DNA of 41,693 nt, from positions 1-41,693 of IMG/VR virus record IMGVR_UViG_3300030372_003595. One strand, given 5' to 3'. Shown here piece by piece: positions 28,623-35,719 of the stretch. The notes under the pieces were generated by a model. It had not been told where the DNA came from, ran no database searches, and was given only the letters and a program-made list of their open reading frames with translations. The stretch comes from a virus (taxonomy: Duplodnaviria > Caudoviricetes). Each line of letters starts with the position of its first letter. Within the stretch, counting starts at the first letter, position 1. The position numbers and the translations under genes are program-made.

Positions 28623-28646
28623 ATACTGTACATTATTGTCCAGTAT
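28623..28646. promoter_or_regulatory. Putative repressor operator (imperfect palindrome) in the divergent promoter region
   Basis: ATACTGTACA-TTAT-TGTCCAGTAT has 9/10 arm symmetry. On the - strand it overlaps TGGACA-N17-TACTTT, a sigma70-like arrangement. Confidence 0.55.
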
Positions 28647-28722
28647 TAGTTTTTAAATTGTTTAGTTTGTTGTAATTATTTTAGTAAATATGTATATTCT
28701 GTCGTCTTTAGGGGTAAAGAAA

Positions 28723-29532
28723 ATGACAAAACAAGAAAACGACAATATCCTGGAATGGTTAAAAACCACTAGGATTCCTTTAACCGAGATATCAAAGAAA
28801 AGTGGATTAAGTAGATCTACTTTGTATAACTGGCTAGAAGGCGGAGAAATAAGAAAAAGGAATAGAGAGAAAATCCTTTCTATTTATGAAGATGAAATTG
28901 AACTAATAGACGTTAATGTCCGACTAAAAGGAGAAGTTGAGATGAATAATGCTATTCATTTAGAAGCAAAAGAAGAGTTATTACAAAAAAATAAATTGAT
29001 ACATTATCAGGAAAAAGAAATAGATATATTAAAAAAAGAGCTTGAAAAATCAGAAGCTGAAAAAGAAATAATAAGAATAGATAATGAATACGAACAATGT
29101 CAGCCCGATTTTGAGACAGTTGTGCAAATGAGAAATGTTTTTTCTTTAAAATCTATTGAAAGATGTATTATGAGTATCAATGATATGGATGTATTTGCAA
29201 ATGCTTTAAATGCTGATATTGAAGAAATATCAAAATTATATAATCTTGGACAATGGTTTAAGAATGATGAACACCCAATTGATTCTTTAATAGATTCCGA
29301 AAGTTTAGATAAGTTAAAATCAGCAACATCCGGGATACCTAAACAAGCCAAATTATATCAATTTACGCTTGGTGCATTTTATTTAGAATTTCATGTACTA
29401 TATGCATATAATTACAATTTTTGCATGACAAGATGTCTTTGTAAAGTAAATTGGTCTACATCTCCAATTATTGAAACAAAAAATGTGATTTTGCATAAAG
29501 GTGAAGTAAGCAAAATTGAGAAAGAAAACTAA
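28723..29532 (+). CDS. HTH (Xre/CI-like) transcriptional regulator, probable repressor, with an unrecognised C-terminal domain
   Basis: HTH LTEISKKSGLSRSTLYNW, then coiled coil. It is the only + strand gene within the leftward region. Start could be 28690 or 28723. Confidence 0.75.
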   Translation: MTKQENDNILEWLKTTRIPLTEISKKSGLSRSTLYNWLEGGEIRKRNREKILSIYEDEIELIDVNVRLKGEVEMNNAIHLEAKEELLQKNKLIHYQEKEIDILKKELEKSEAEKEIIRIDNEYEQCQPDFETVVQMRNVFSLKSIERCIMSINDMDVFANALNADIEEISKLYNLGQWFKNDEHPIDSLIDSESLDKLKSATSGIPKQAKLYQFTLGAFYLEFHVLYAYNYNFCMTRCLCKVNWSTSPIIETKNVILHKGEVSKIEKEN

Positions 29533-29545
29533 TCTTTGAAATTTT

Positions 29546-29576
29546 AGAGGGGTGATAACACATAAAACACCCCTCT
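29546..29576. terminator. Bidirectional terminator-like hairpin between convergent genes
   Basis: AGAGGGGTG pairs with CACCCCTCT (9 bp) between the repressor stop and the ParB-like stop. Confidence 0.6.
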
Positions 29577-29603
29577 TTGGAATATAGTTCTAATTAAAGA
29601 ACT

Positions 29604-31298
29604 TTAGTCATTGTACAATATACTCTTGTCTAAGTAAACGAACTTTAAAGACAAGTCATTCCATTCAGCTTCCTTACTACTGAAAATACTTAAAAATGGA
29701 AATGGTGTGTTATTTTGTATGGCGTACTCTATGATGTCTTTCTTTTTACCACTACTTATCTTTGTAAGATTTGCAGTAGAGAAACAACTAAGCACATTGA
29801 ACCTAAACTCCTCATTATTAGAACTTGTCCATGTAACTTTAAACCATTCTTTTAGATTCATCAGACCTAACTTCTTGGCAAGTTTATTCAGTTCTTTAAA
29901 TGATGCTAGATTCATTGATTCTAAGATAAGGCATTCGTATATCTTATCTTTTAAATGACCAGTATTGTAGGCTTTAGGTAAGTCATCACGTATCCGATCT
30001 AGGTTGTAGCCAACTATATGGTCTTGAACGCTGATACACCCTAAAGTAGTACCTTGTTTGACCATCCAATCTTCAATATGGCTACCATTTACTCCCACAT
30101 TGACTAAAGGAGCGCAACCTTTCTTTTGAGACACGAATATCTGGTCTTTTAAGTAGGTAAGATAATCAGTAGCAATAGCACGACCGAATTTCTTAGTCTG
30201 TAAATGATACTGACCTTTATCTACCTTTTCTTTTGGTGTGTCATTGGTAGACGTTTTCTTTTTACCTGCTCCTTTGATGATAGGTTCATCCCAATCGCCG
30301 TTCCAAGCCATTATTTTTGGTTTTTGCAAAGCTTGACCAGCACATTCCCTAAGAAAGATATATCTTAAGAATAAAGGAACAATACCTCTTTGACAATTAT
30401 CGTCCCAAGTTCTTAATTCCTTATCTATTTTTATTTTATGAAATGCTTCATAGGCAGCTTCGGGATAAATTTCTGTCCATATGAATTTGACAAATTCTAC
30501 ATCAGAACAATAATCATTGTATTCTTCTTCAGCAAATAGAGTAGGTGCTTTCCTTACTTTGTAGCCATATGCTTTTTGAAGATTTTTGAACCGTTCTTCT
30601 GGTTCTGTACCATATTCATCTTCTTTAATTCCAGTATTGCAGAATTCAACCATTGTTTCTCTAGGAAACTTATTGTCAGTAAGACCTGGATATTGAAATA
30701 CTTCATAAGACTCGGTAAGAAATTCATTTTCATAATATTCCTTAACAGATTGCTTATTTCTTTTTGCAACCCATTCCAACGCCTCTTTTTGAATGCTTTT
30801 ATGATGCTTGGCAAATCCTTTCAACTCAGATAAGAATCGTTTATCTATGTTTTCAAAAGTATCTGCTTTTAGCAACTGAGGTATGAGATTACCTAGACCA
30901 ACCCTTGTCTTGACATAATCAGATGAATGTCCAAACTTGGATGCAACTTCAGTTATGGTCATATTAGTATCAACCATATTCTTAAAAGCCATTATCTCTT
31001 CATACAGAGTAAGGTCTTTACGCATTGTATTTTCAGAGAGCTGCAGTCTTGTGAAATCGCCATTTGGCTCAGACAACTCATGAATGGGTACTAATTTTGT
31101 TCCCAATTCCTTTAAAGCCTCTAATCGTCTATGTCCAGCAATCAGATAGTATTTATCATCTTTATTGTAGACTACAAGCGGTTGAATAAGACCATTTTGT
31201 TTAATGTCATTGGTCAACTCTTGAAATGACCTTTCTTTTTTATCTATTTTACTACGAACATTACTTTTAAAGTGAATGTTAGCAATTGGTACGTTCAT
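29604..31298 (-). CDS. ParB/Spo0J-like protein (N-terminal ParB/Srx domain + HTH + long C-terminal extension)
   Basis: GLIQPLVV, LIAGHRR (GxRR), ENTMRKDL and HTH ITEVASKFGHSSDYV. AAGGAG RBS. Confidence 0.85.
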   Translation of the reverse strand: MNVPIANIHFKSNVRSKIDKKERSFQELTNDIKQNGLIQPLVVYNKDDKYYLIAGHRRLEALKELGTKLVPIHELSEPNGDFTRLQLSENTMRKDLTLYEEIMAFKNMVDTNMTITEVASKFGHSSDYVKTRVGLGNLIPQLLKADTFENIDKRFLSELKGFAKHHKSIQKEALEWVAKRNKQSVKEYYENEFLTESYEVFQYPGLTDNKFPRETMVEFCNTGIKEDEYGTEPEERFKNLQKAYGYKVRKAPTLFAEEEYNDYCSDVEFVKFIWTEIYPEAAYEAFHKIKIDKELRTWDDNCQRGIVPLFLRYIFLRECAGQALQKPKIMAWNGDWDEPIIKGAGKKKTSTNDTPKEKVDKGQYHLQTKKFGRAIATDYLTYLKDQIFVSQKKGCAPLVNVGVNGSHIEDWMVKQGTTLGCISVQDHIVGYNLDRIRDDLPKAYNTGHLKDKIYECLILESMNLASFKELNKLAKKLGLMNLKEWFKVTWTSSNNEEFRFNVLSCFSTANLTKISSGKKKDIIEYAIQNNTPFPFLSIFSSKEAEWNDLSLKFVYLDKSILYND

Positions 31299-31456
31299 AC
31301 GTCTCCTTTTATTGTATTTTGAATGTAAATATCTATTTTATCTTCAAGTTGCTTTAACTCTTGCATAGCCTTGAATCTTTTTTTGAGTAGATCAACATCA
31401 GTAATGACTAGACCATAACCATCAAACTGATTTAGTATGTTTAATATTTGTTCCAT
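31295..31456 (-). CDS. Hypothetical 53-aa protein, not in the ORF track
   Basis: MEQILNILNQFDGYG...IKGDV. ATGA overlap with the ParB-like start and TAATG overlap upstream. Confidence 0.65.
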   Translation of the reverse strand: MEQILNILNQFDGYGLVITDVDLLKKRFKAMQELKQLEDKIDIYIQNTIKGDV

Positions 31457-31551
31457 TAGTCTTCTTCCTCATATGGTTCGCAATGCTCTAAACAACTAGA
31501 ACATATGTAATGATACTTTACTTTTGCTTGACAACAGTCGCTTATCAGCAT
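31456..31551 (-). CDS. 31-aa Cys-rich micro-protein (MLISDCCQAKVKYHYICSSCLEHCEPYEEED), not in the ORF track
   Basis: AAGGA RBS, TAATG coupling to the next gene, CC...CxxCxxHC pattern. Confidence 0.65.
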   Translation of the reverse strand: MLISDCCQAKVKYHYICSSCLEHCEPYEEED

Positions 31552-31586
31552 TTTAATTATCCTTTTATTTAAGGTGATGTTTGAAA

Positions 31587-31950
31587 GGTCACTATGACCC
31601 CAGATTTGAGGGTAAATCCCCCCAAGGTGGACAGTTTTTATATATTAGGTAGTAGTGTGTAGGTTGGAGATAAACTGTCCAAAATGGAAGGATTTGTTAA
31701 AAGGCAAACGAGTATCATTTAAGCACAAAGTAGCACATTGATATACTACCTACCTCTTCATATGACACTCATTTACCATAAAGATGGCTCAAGATATTTC
31801 CGGCTTTATGTTCCACGAGTGGATGCACACAGACGGTTTTATTTCTGTTGGCTTTAATACCTTGAGCCTAAGGGATGCGGAGTCCCAAATATAAGTTAAT
31901 TTTTAAAAAAGTCAGTTAACTCGGTCACAACTAAGTAACCGAGCAACGAC
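31587..31950 (-). ncRNA. Candidate large structured non-coding RNA (unclassified)
   Basis: ORF-free gap with four long stems whose substitution-type mismatches become G-U pairs on the - strand, plus a 9-nt loop-loop complementarity. Confidence 0.6.
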
Positions 31951-31975
31951 CAAACGAGGAAAGCGAATAAATAAC

Positions 31976-32113
31976 TCACTTCCCAAATACCTTTTCTCTA
32001 GCTCTGGATTGAGCCTCGTAAAGAGTTTTATACTTACTCTTAGGTACTTCTACGATAACATTGAAACCAGTGACGAAATGCCACCAGTTTTCATTTTCAG
32101 CAAATAAATACAT
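31976..32113 (-). CDS. Hypothetical 45-aa early protein
   Basis: AGGAG RBS supports a start at 32113 (MYLFAENE). The upstream part of the 69-aa ORF overlaps a hairpin. Confidence 0.55.
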   Translation of the reverse strand: MYLFAENENWWHFVTGFNVIVEVPKSKYKTLYEAQSRAREKVFGK

Positions 32114-32196
32114 AGCTTTTCTCCTAAATGCACGTTTTTTATTGCAGGGATTTAAAAGAGGGAGCGTGATGCCCCCTCTGTACAACTGATCAGACT

Positions 32197-32571
32197 CTAT
32201 CTAGAACCAAATCCTAACTGGGCTAGAATCTCATCCGTATCAGAATCCTCTAAGACCGCATCAAATGATACCTTAGAGTCTGGTCTACGATTGCAGAACA
32301 TATACCCATTCTTACCAATTTGGGCGTGACCCTTGAATCCATAAAGGCTTGCAAATGCATCCATCTTATCTTTCATTGTGGATTGATCCATCTCTGGTAC
32401 CTCAGCACACGCTATACGGTCTGTCTTCTTAATTAACGAGACTTTCTCTTCAATTGAGAGATTCTCCCACTTATCAGACTGTGGTATGGTAGTGAAGCCT
32501 TTCTGGGATTGTGAGCCATCCTTACGGATCACTGGGGTCTCATCATAGAATTGGAATAAGAACTTTAACAT
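32197..32571 (-). CDS. Hypothetical protein, first gene of the leftward unit
   Basis: AAGGAG RBS supports a start at 32571 (MLKFLFQ). Confidence 0.7.
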   Translation of the reverse strand: MLKFLFQFYDETPVIRKDGSQSQKGFTTIPQSDKWENLSIEEKVSLIKKTDRIACAEVPEMDQSTMKDKMDAFASLYGFKGHAQIGKNGYMFCNRRPDSKVSFDAVLEDSDTDEILAQLGFGSR

Positions 32572-32803
32572 ATATAACTCCTTTAATTGGATAGACATTT
32601 ATTATTGGGCTGTCTATTATTGCCTAACTCAGCAAGGGCCGAGCAAGAGGACAAGCCATACCGGTTTATTCAACTAAATATGGATGGGTTGACCATCTAA
32701 GCGAGGGGGGTGGGTATCCTATATATCTCCCACACCCATTCTAAACCAAATTTTTGAAAATGGTACGTAGTGAGATGAATGTCTGTTCTGTTACTTTCCT
32801 ATT

Positions 32804-33004
32804 GTGAAAAATAAACAAACACCCGATGTAGAGAGATTTAACCCCGAAACTGGTTTATTTGAGTTAGTCAGCGATATGGATCAAGACGAAATGATGGAAA
32901 TACTGGGTGTATTTAGTGCAGAAGAGAAGATTATGCGTAGAACGATGCGGATAACAGATTGGATATGCAATATAAAAGGAATGCTTCATATTGAATATGA
33001 TTGA
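32804..33004 (+). CDS. Hypothetical small protein
   Basis: GTG-start ORF at the beginning of the rightward unit. No clear RBS. Confidence 0.45.
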   Translation: MKNKQTPDVERFNPETGLFELVSDMDQDEMMEILGVFSAEEKIMRRTMRITDWICNIKGMLHIEYD

Positions 33005-33015
33005 TACGCATGGAT

Positions 33016-33134
33016 TATATAACAGTATATATAATACTGTAGTAATACTACTGTTATATATATATAACAGTAATATATATGGAACTGTTACGTAACACAA
33101 CAGATATATTATTTAAGTATACTATTATAACAGT
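33016..33134. repeat. AT-rich TATAACAGT repeat cluster with a perfect 24-bp palindrome (candidate ori or pac/terminase-binding region)
   Basis: TATATAACAGTA at 33016-33027. Palindrome TACTGTTATATA|TATATAACAGTA at 33049-33072. ACTGTTA at 33084 and TATAACAGT at 33126. Confidence 0.7.
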
Positions 33135-33144
33135 TACTGTATAG

Positions 33145-33933
33145 ATGGATTTTATTTCACGAAGATTTAAAAAGAACGATTATCAAGATGTCACCTATCC
33201 TGTATACACCAAAGAAGAAGCAAATAATAAACAGATAGAATACAAGTCTTGGAGGGAGTGTCAGGTAGGTGATTTTGGTCTTAGTGATGATGGGTACGTA
33301 TCTGAATGTATCTATCGTAAGAAATATAAGAACAACGAACAGGTAACCTTTCCTTACGGGAGGCAATGGCTGAGTGAGGGTGGTAGACTTAAATACATAC
33401 CTCATAGGGATACGGGTCAATATACTCAAGTTGGTGTTCTGACGTGGGATCAGCAAGAGGCGAATAAGACTAGAACCAAGAATGCAGTAAAGCTATATGC
33501 TGAGATGATGCTCAATGGAGACAATATCAATTGGGAACTCATAGGGAAGGTCTATCGCAAAGACCAGGAACGACCCGACCTTACGGCAAAAAGATTATTT
33601 AAAAAGGAAAGTATACAGAAAATGTTAGACAAAGAAATACAGAAAGCCCTGAAACAGAGAAATATATCCCAAGGAGATGTATTAGACATTTTATTAGATG
33701 GAATTGGGGTAGCGAGGGAAAATAAAGATGCTTCCAATATTCTTAGGGGTGCTGAACAATTCATCAAGATACTAGATATGCTGCCAAAGAAGTCTATGCA
33801 AACCGATACGGTTCAAATAGATATGACCAATACCATATTGGATAAAATAGCTACGGAAGAAAAGAAAAGTTTAAAAATGTCGCAGAAGAAGGAGGTTCAT
33901 GATGAGCCGTACAAAGCAGAAGAAGAGGAATAA
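33145..33933 (+). CDS. Putative terminase small subunit with N-terminal extension
   Basis: Upstream of terL. C-terminal helices ISQGDVLDILL...KDASNILRGAEQFIKILDM resemble the TerS oligomerisation region. Confidence 0.55.
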   Translation: MDFISRRFKKNDYQDVTYPVYTKEEANNKQIEYKSWRECQVGDFGLSDDGYVSECIYRKKYKNNEQVTFPYGRQWLSEGGRLKYIPHRDTGQYTQVGVLTWDQQEANKTRTKNAVKLYAEMMLNGDNINWELIGKVYRKDQERPDLTAKRLFKKESIQKMLDKEIQKALKQRNISQGDVLDILLDGIGVARENKDASNILRGAEQFIKILDMLPKKSMQTDTVQIDMTNTILDKIATEEKKSLKMSQKKEVHDEPYKAEEEE

Positions 33934-34084
33934 ACCAGCGTTTCATAAAAAATTAGTTGTAATTGAATGCGAAGATAATGATAAGCTTCTTTCATTTATG
34001 AAGGTAATGGAAACTGTGGGTAGAGACATGGAAATCAAGGTTACGGATGGAGAAACACATTACTATTTTGGGTCAGATTATTAA
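33899..34084 (+). CDS. Hypothetical small protein
   Basis: Strong AAGGAGG RBS directly upstream. Confidence 0.6.
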   Translation: MMSRTKQKKRNKPAFHKKLVVIECEDNDKLLSFMKVMETVGRDMEIKVTDGETHYYFGSDY

Positions 34085-34086
34085 AA

Positions 34087-34104
34087 TTGGACATTTTTGT
34101 CCAA
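34087..34104. promoter_or_regulatory. Palindromic operator-like site upstream of terL
   Basis: TTGGACA-TTTT-TGTCCAA, the same TG(G/T)ACA-N4-TGTCCA pattern as 28627-28642. Confidence 0.5.
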
Positions 34105-34159
34105 CTAAGTGCAACAATATTAGGATTTATAGCTTTAAAGACATCTATATCTATTAAAA

Positions 34160-35653
34160 ATGGCTAAAATAGAACAACAAACCAAGATATTACAAAAACT
34201 TAAAAACGATATGATGATGTTTGGTAAGGTCTGTATGCCAAATATGTTCTCAGCAGACTCTCCAGACTTTCATTATAAGATTGCAGAACGATTATTAGAC
34301 CCAAGTAGTAAACAAATCAACATTGTTGCCCCTAGAGGTCACGCTAAATCGTCTATTGTGGGTGGAATTTTCCCATTGCACCATCTAATGTTCGCAGAAG
34401 GTCAGAAATTGGTGGTTTTAGTGTCTCGAACACAAGACCATGCAGTCAAATTACTCGGATTACTCAAAGATACGATGGATTTTAGCGATACATTTCGTTC
34501 TTTGTTTGGATATTGGGGGTCTCATAGTGCAAAAAGTTGGTCTAAGAGCGAAATTGAGCTAAAAGATGGGTCAATGGTCATTTGTAAGGGTACGGGCCAG
34601 CAGTTACGGGGTATAAAAGTAGGGAACCAACGTCCTACGCTTATTATTGTGGATGACCCAGAGGATGAAAACAATACCAAAACGGCTGAAGCGATGGAAA
34701 CAAACCTTAGATGGCTTCTTCAGAGTGCCGTTCCTTCTGTAGACCCACGAAAAGGTAGAATAGTCATCATTGGAACCCCTCAACATCAACGATGCATGGT
34801 AGAAACCTTACAGGAAATGCATGGATGGGAAAATATGACCTTTAAACCAGACTTTGAGAACAATATCGCCCTATGGGAAGATTGGTGGAGTATAGAAAAG
34901 CTATTAGAGAAGAAGAAGGAATTGGATTCTATTAATAGGTTATCTGTGTTCTATCGTGAATATGCTTGTGAAATTGTGGGAGATGAAGATCAGTTGTTTA
35001 AAGCGGAAGACTTTTCCTACTACGAAGGTGATTTCATTCGTAAAAAAGGAAAAAATTATTTAAAAATAACATCTTTGGACAATTCTAAATGCGATAAACT
35101 GGTTCCCATTAATGTATTTACTGGAGTTGACCCCGCATCAAGTGTAAAAAGAAGTGCTGATTATTCGGTTATATTTAATTTGGCGGTAGACGATGAAGAT
35201 AATCGTTACGTTCTTCCATATTATAGAAAACACGCTACGCCATTAGAGTTAGCAGAAGCTATTGTAAATAACTATCGAAAGTATAGACCTGAAAAGACTA
35301 GGATAGAATCTGTAGGATATCAAGAGATGCTACGAGAATATGTGATAAAACGCTCACAGGAAGAGGGATTGTTCATTCCCGGTCTCAATATTAAAGAAAA
35401 TCCACGAAATTCAAAGAGCAATCGATTAGAATCATTACAACCTATGTTTGCAAAACGTAAAATATTTATGAAAAAAGATGACCAGAACCTTATTGATGAG
35501 TTACTACTGTTTCCAAGAGGAAGACACGATGATATTCTTGATGGTATGTATTATGCCAATAAAGGCTCATTTACCCCTTATCATGAAGTAGAAGATGTTC
35601 CATTGTTAAGTAGTAAAAGATTCAACATCTTTAACGATTGGCAATTAGTTTAA
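34160..35653 (+). CDS. terL: Terminase large subunit
   Basis: Walker A APRGHAKS, Walker B LIIVDD, coupling motif IGT, and nuclease motifs GVDPA, IES and HDDILD. Confidence 0.95.
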   Translation: MAKIEQQTKILQKLKNDMMMFGKVCMPNMFSADSPDFHYKIAERLLDPSSKQINIVAPRGHAKSSIVGGIFPLHHLMFAEGQKLVVLVSRTQDHAVKLLGLLKDTMDFSDTFRSLFGYWGSHSAKSWSKSEIELKDGSMVICKGTGQQLRGIKVGNQRPTLIIVDDPEDENNTKTAEAMETNLRWLLQSAVPSVDPRKGRIVIIGTPQHQRCMVETLQEMHGWENMTFKPDFENNIALWEDWWSIEKLLEKKKELDSINRLSVFYREYACEIVGDEDQLFKAEDFSYYEGDFIRKKGKNYLKITSLDNSKCDKLVPINVFTGVDPASSVKRSADYSVIFNLAVDDEDNRYVLPYYRKHATPLELAEAIVNNYRKYRPEKTRIESVGYQEMLREYVIKRSQEEGLFIPGLNIKENPRNSKSNRLESLQPMFAKRKIFMKKDDQNLIDELLLFPRGRHDDILDGMYYANKGSFTPYHEVEDVPLLSSKRFNIFNDWQLV

Positions 35654-35719
35654 GATAGTACGTTGAGAGATAGAATTCTCTCTTTATAAAATCACGCCAG
35701 TTTTTTCCATAGGACATTA

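Noticed and set aside
28200-32171. AGCGTGATG occurring in two intergenic hairpin loops (about 28200 and 32163) as a virion-RNAP promoter motif
   Set aside because: Only two copies of a 9-mer in different structural contexts, which cannot be distinguished from chance by eye.
32864-33100. 78-aa minus-strand ORF across the AT-rich repeats
   Set aside because: Its Tyr/Ile/Leu-rich translation simply reflects TA repeats. It has no RBS and is antisense to the local gene orientation.
31560-33140. CRISPR mini-array, retron or diversity-generating retroelement in the non-coding regions
   Set aside because: There are no regularly spaced direct repeats with unique spacers, no reverse transcriptase (no YxDD-type ORF) and no template/variable repeat pair that I could see.
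35663-35692. Possible sigma70 promoter or hairpin (TTGAGA...TATAAA; GAGAGA/TCTCTC) before the portal gene
   Set aside because: Spacing is 16 or 18 nt depending on the -10 chosen, and such matches are common in AT-rich DNA.
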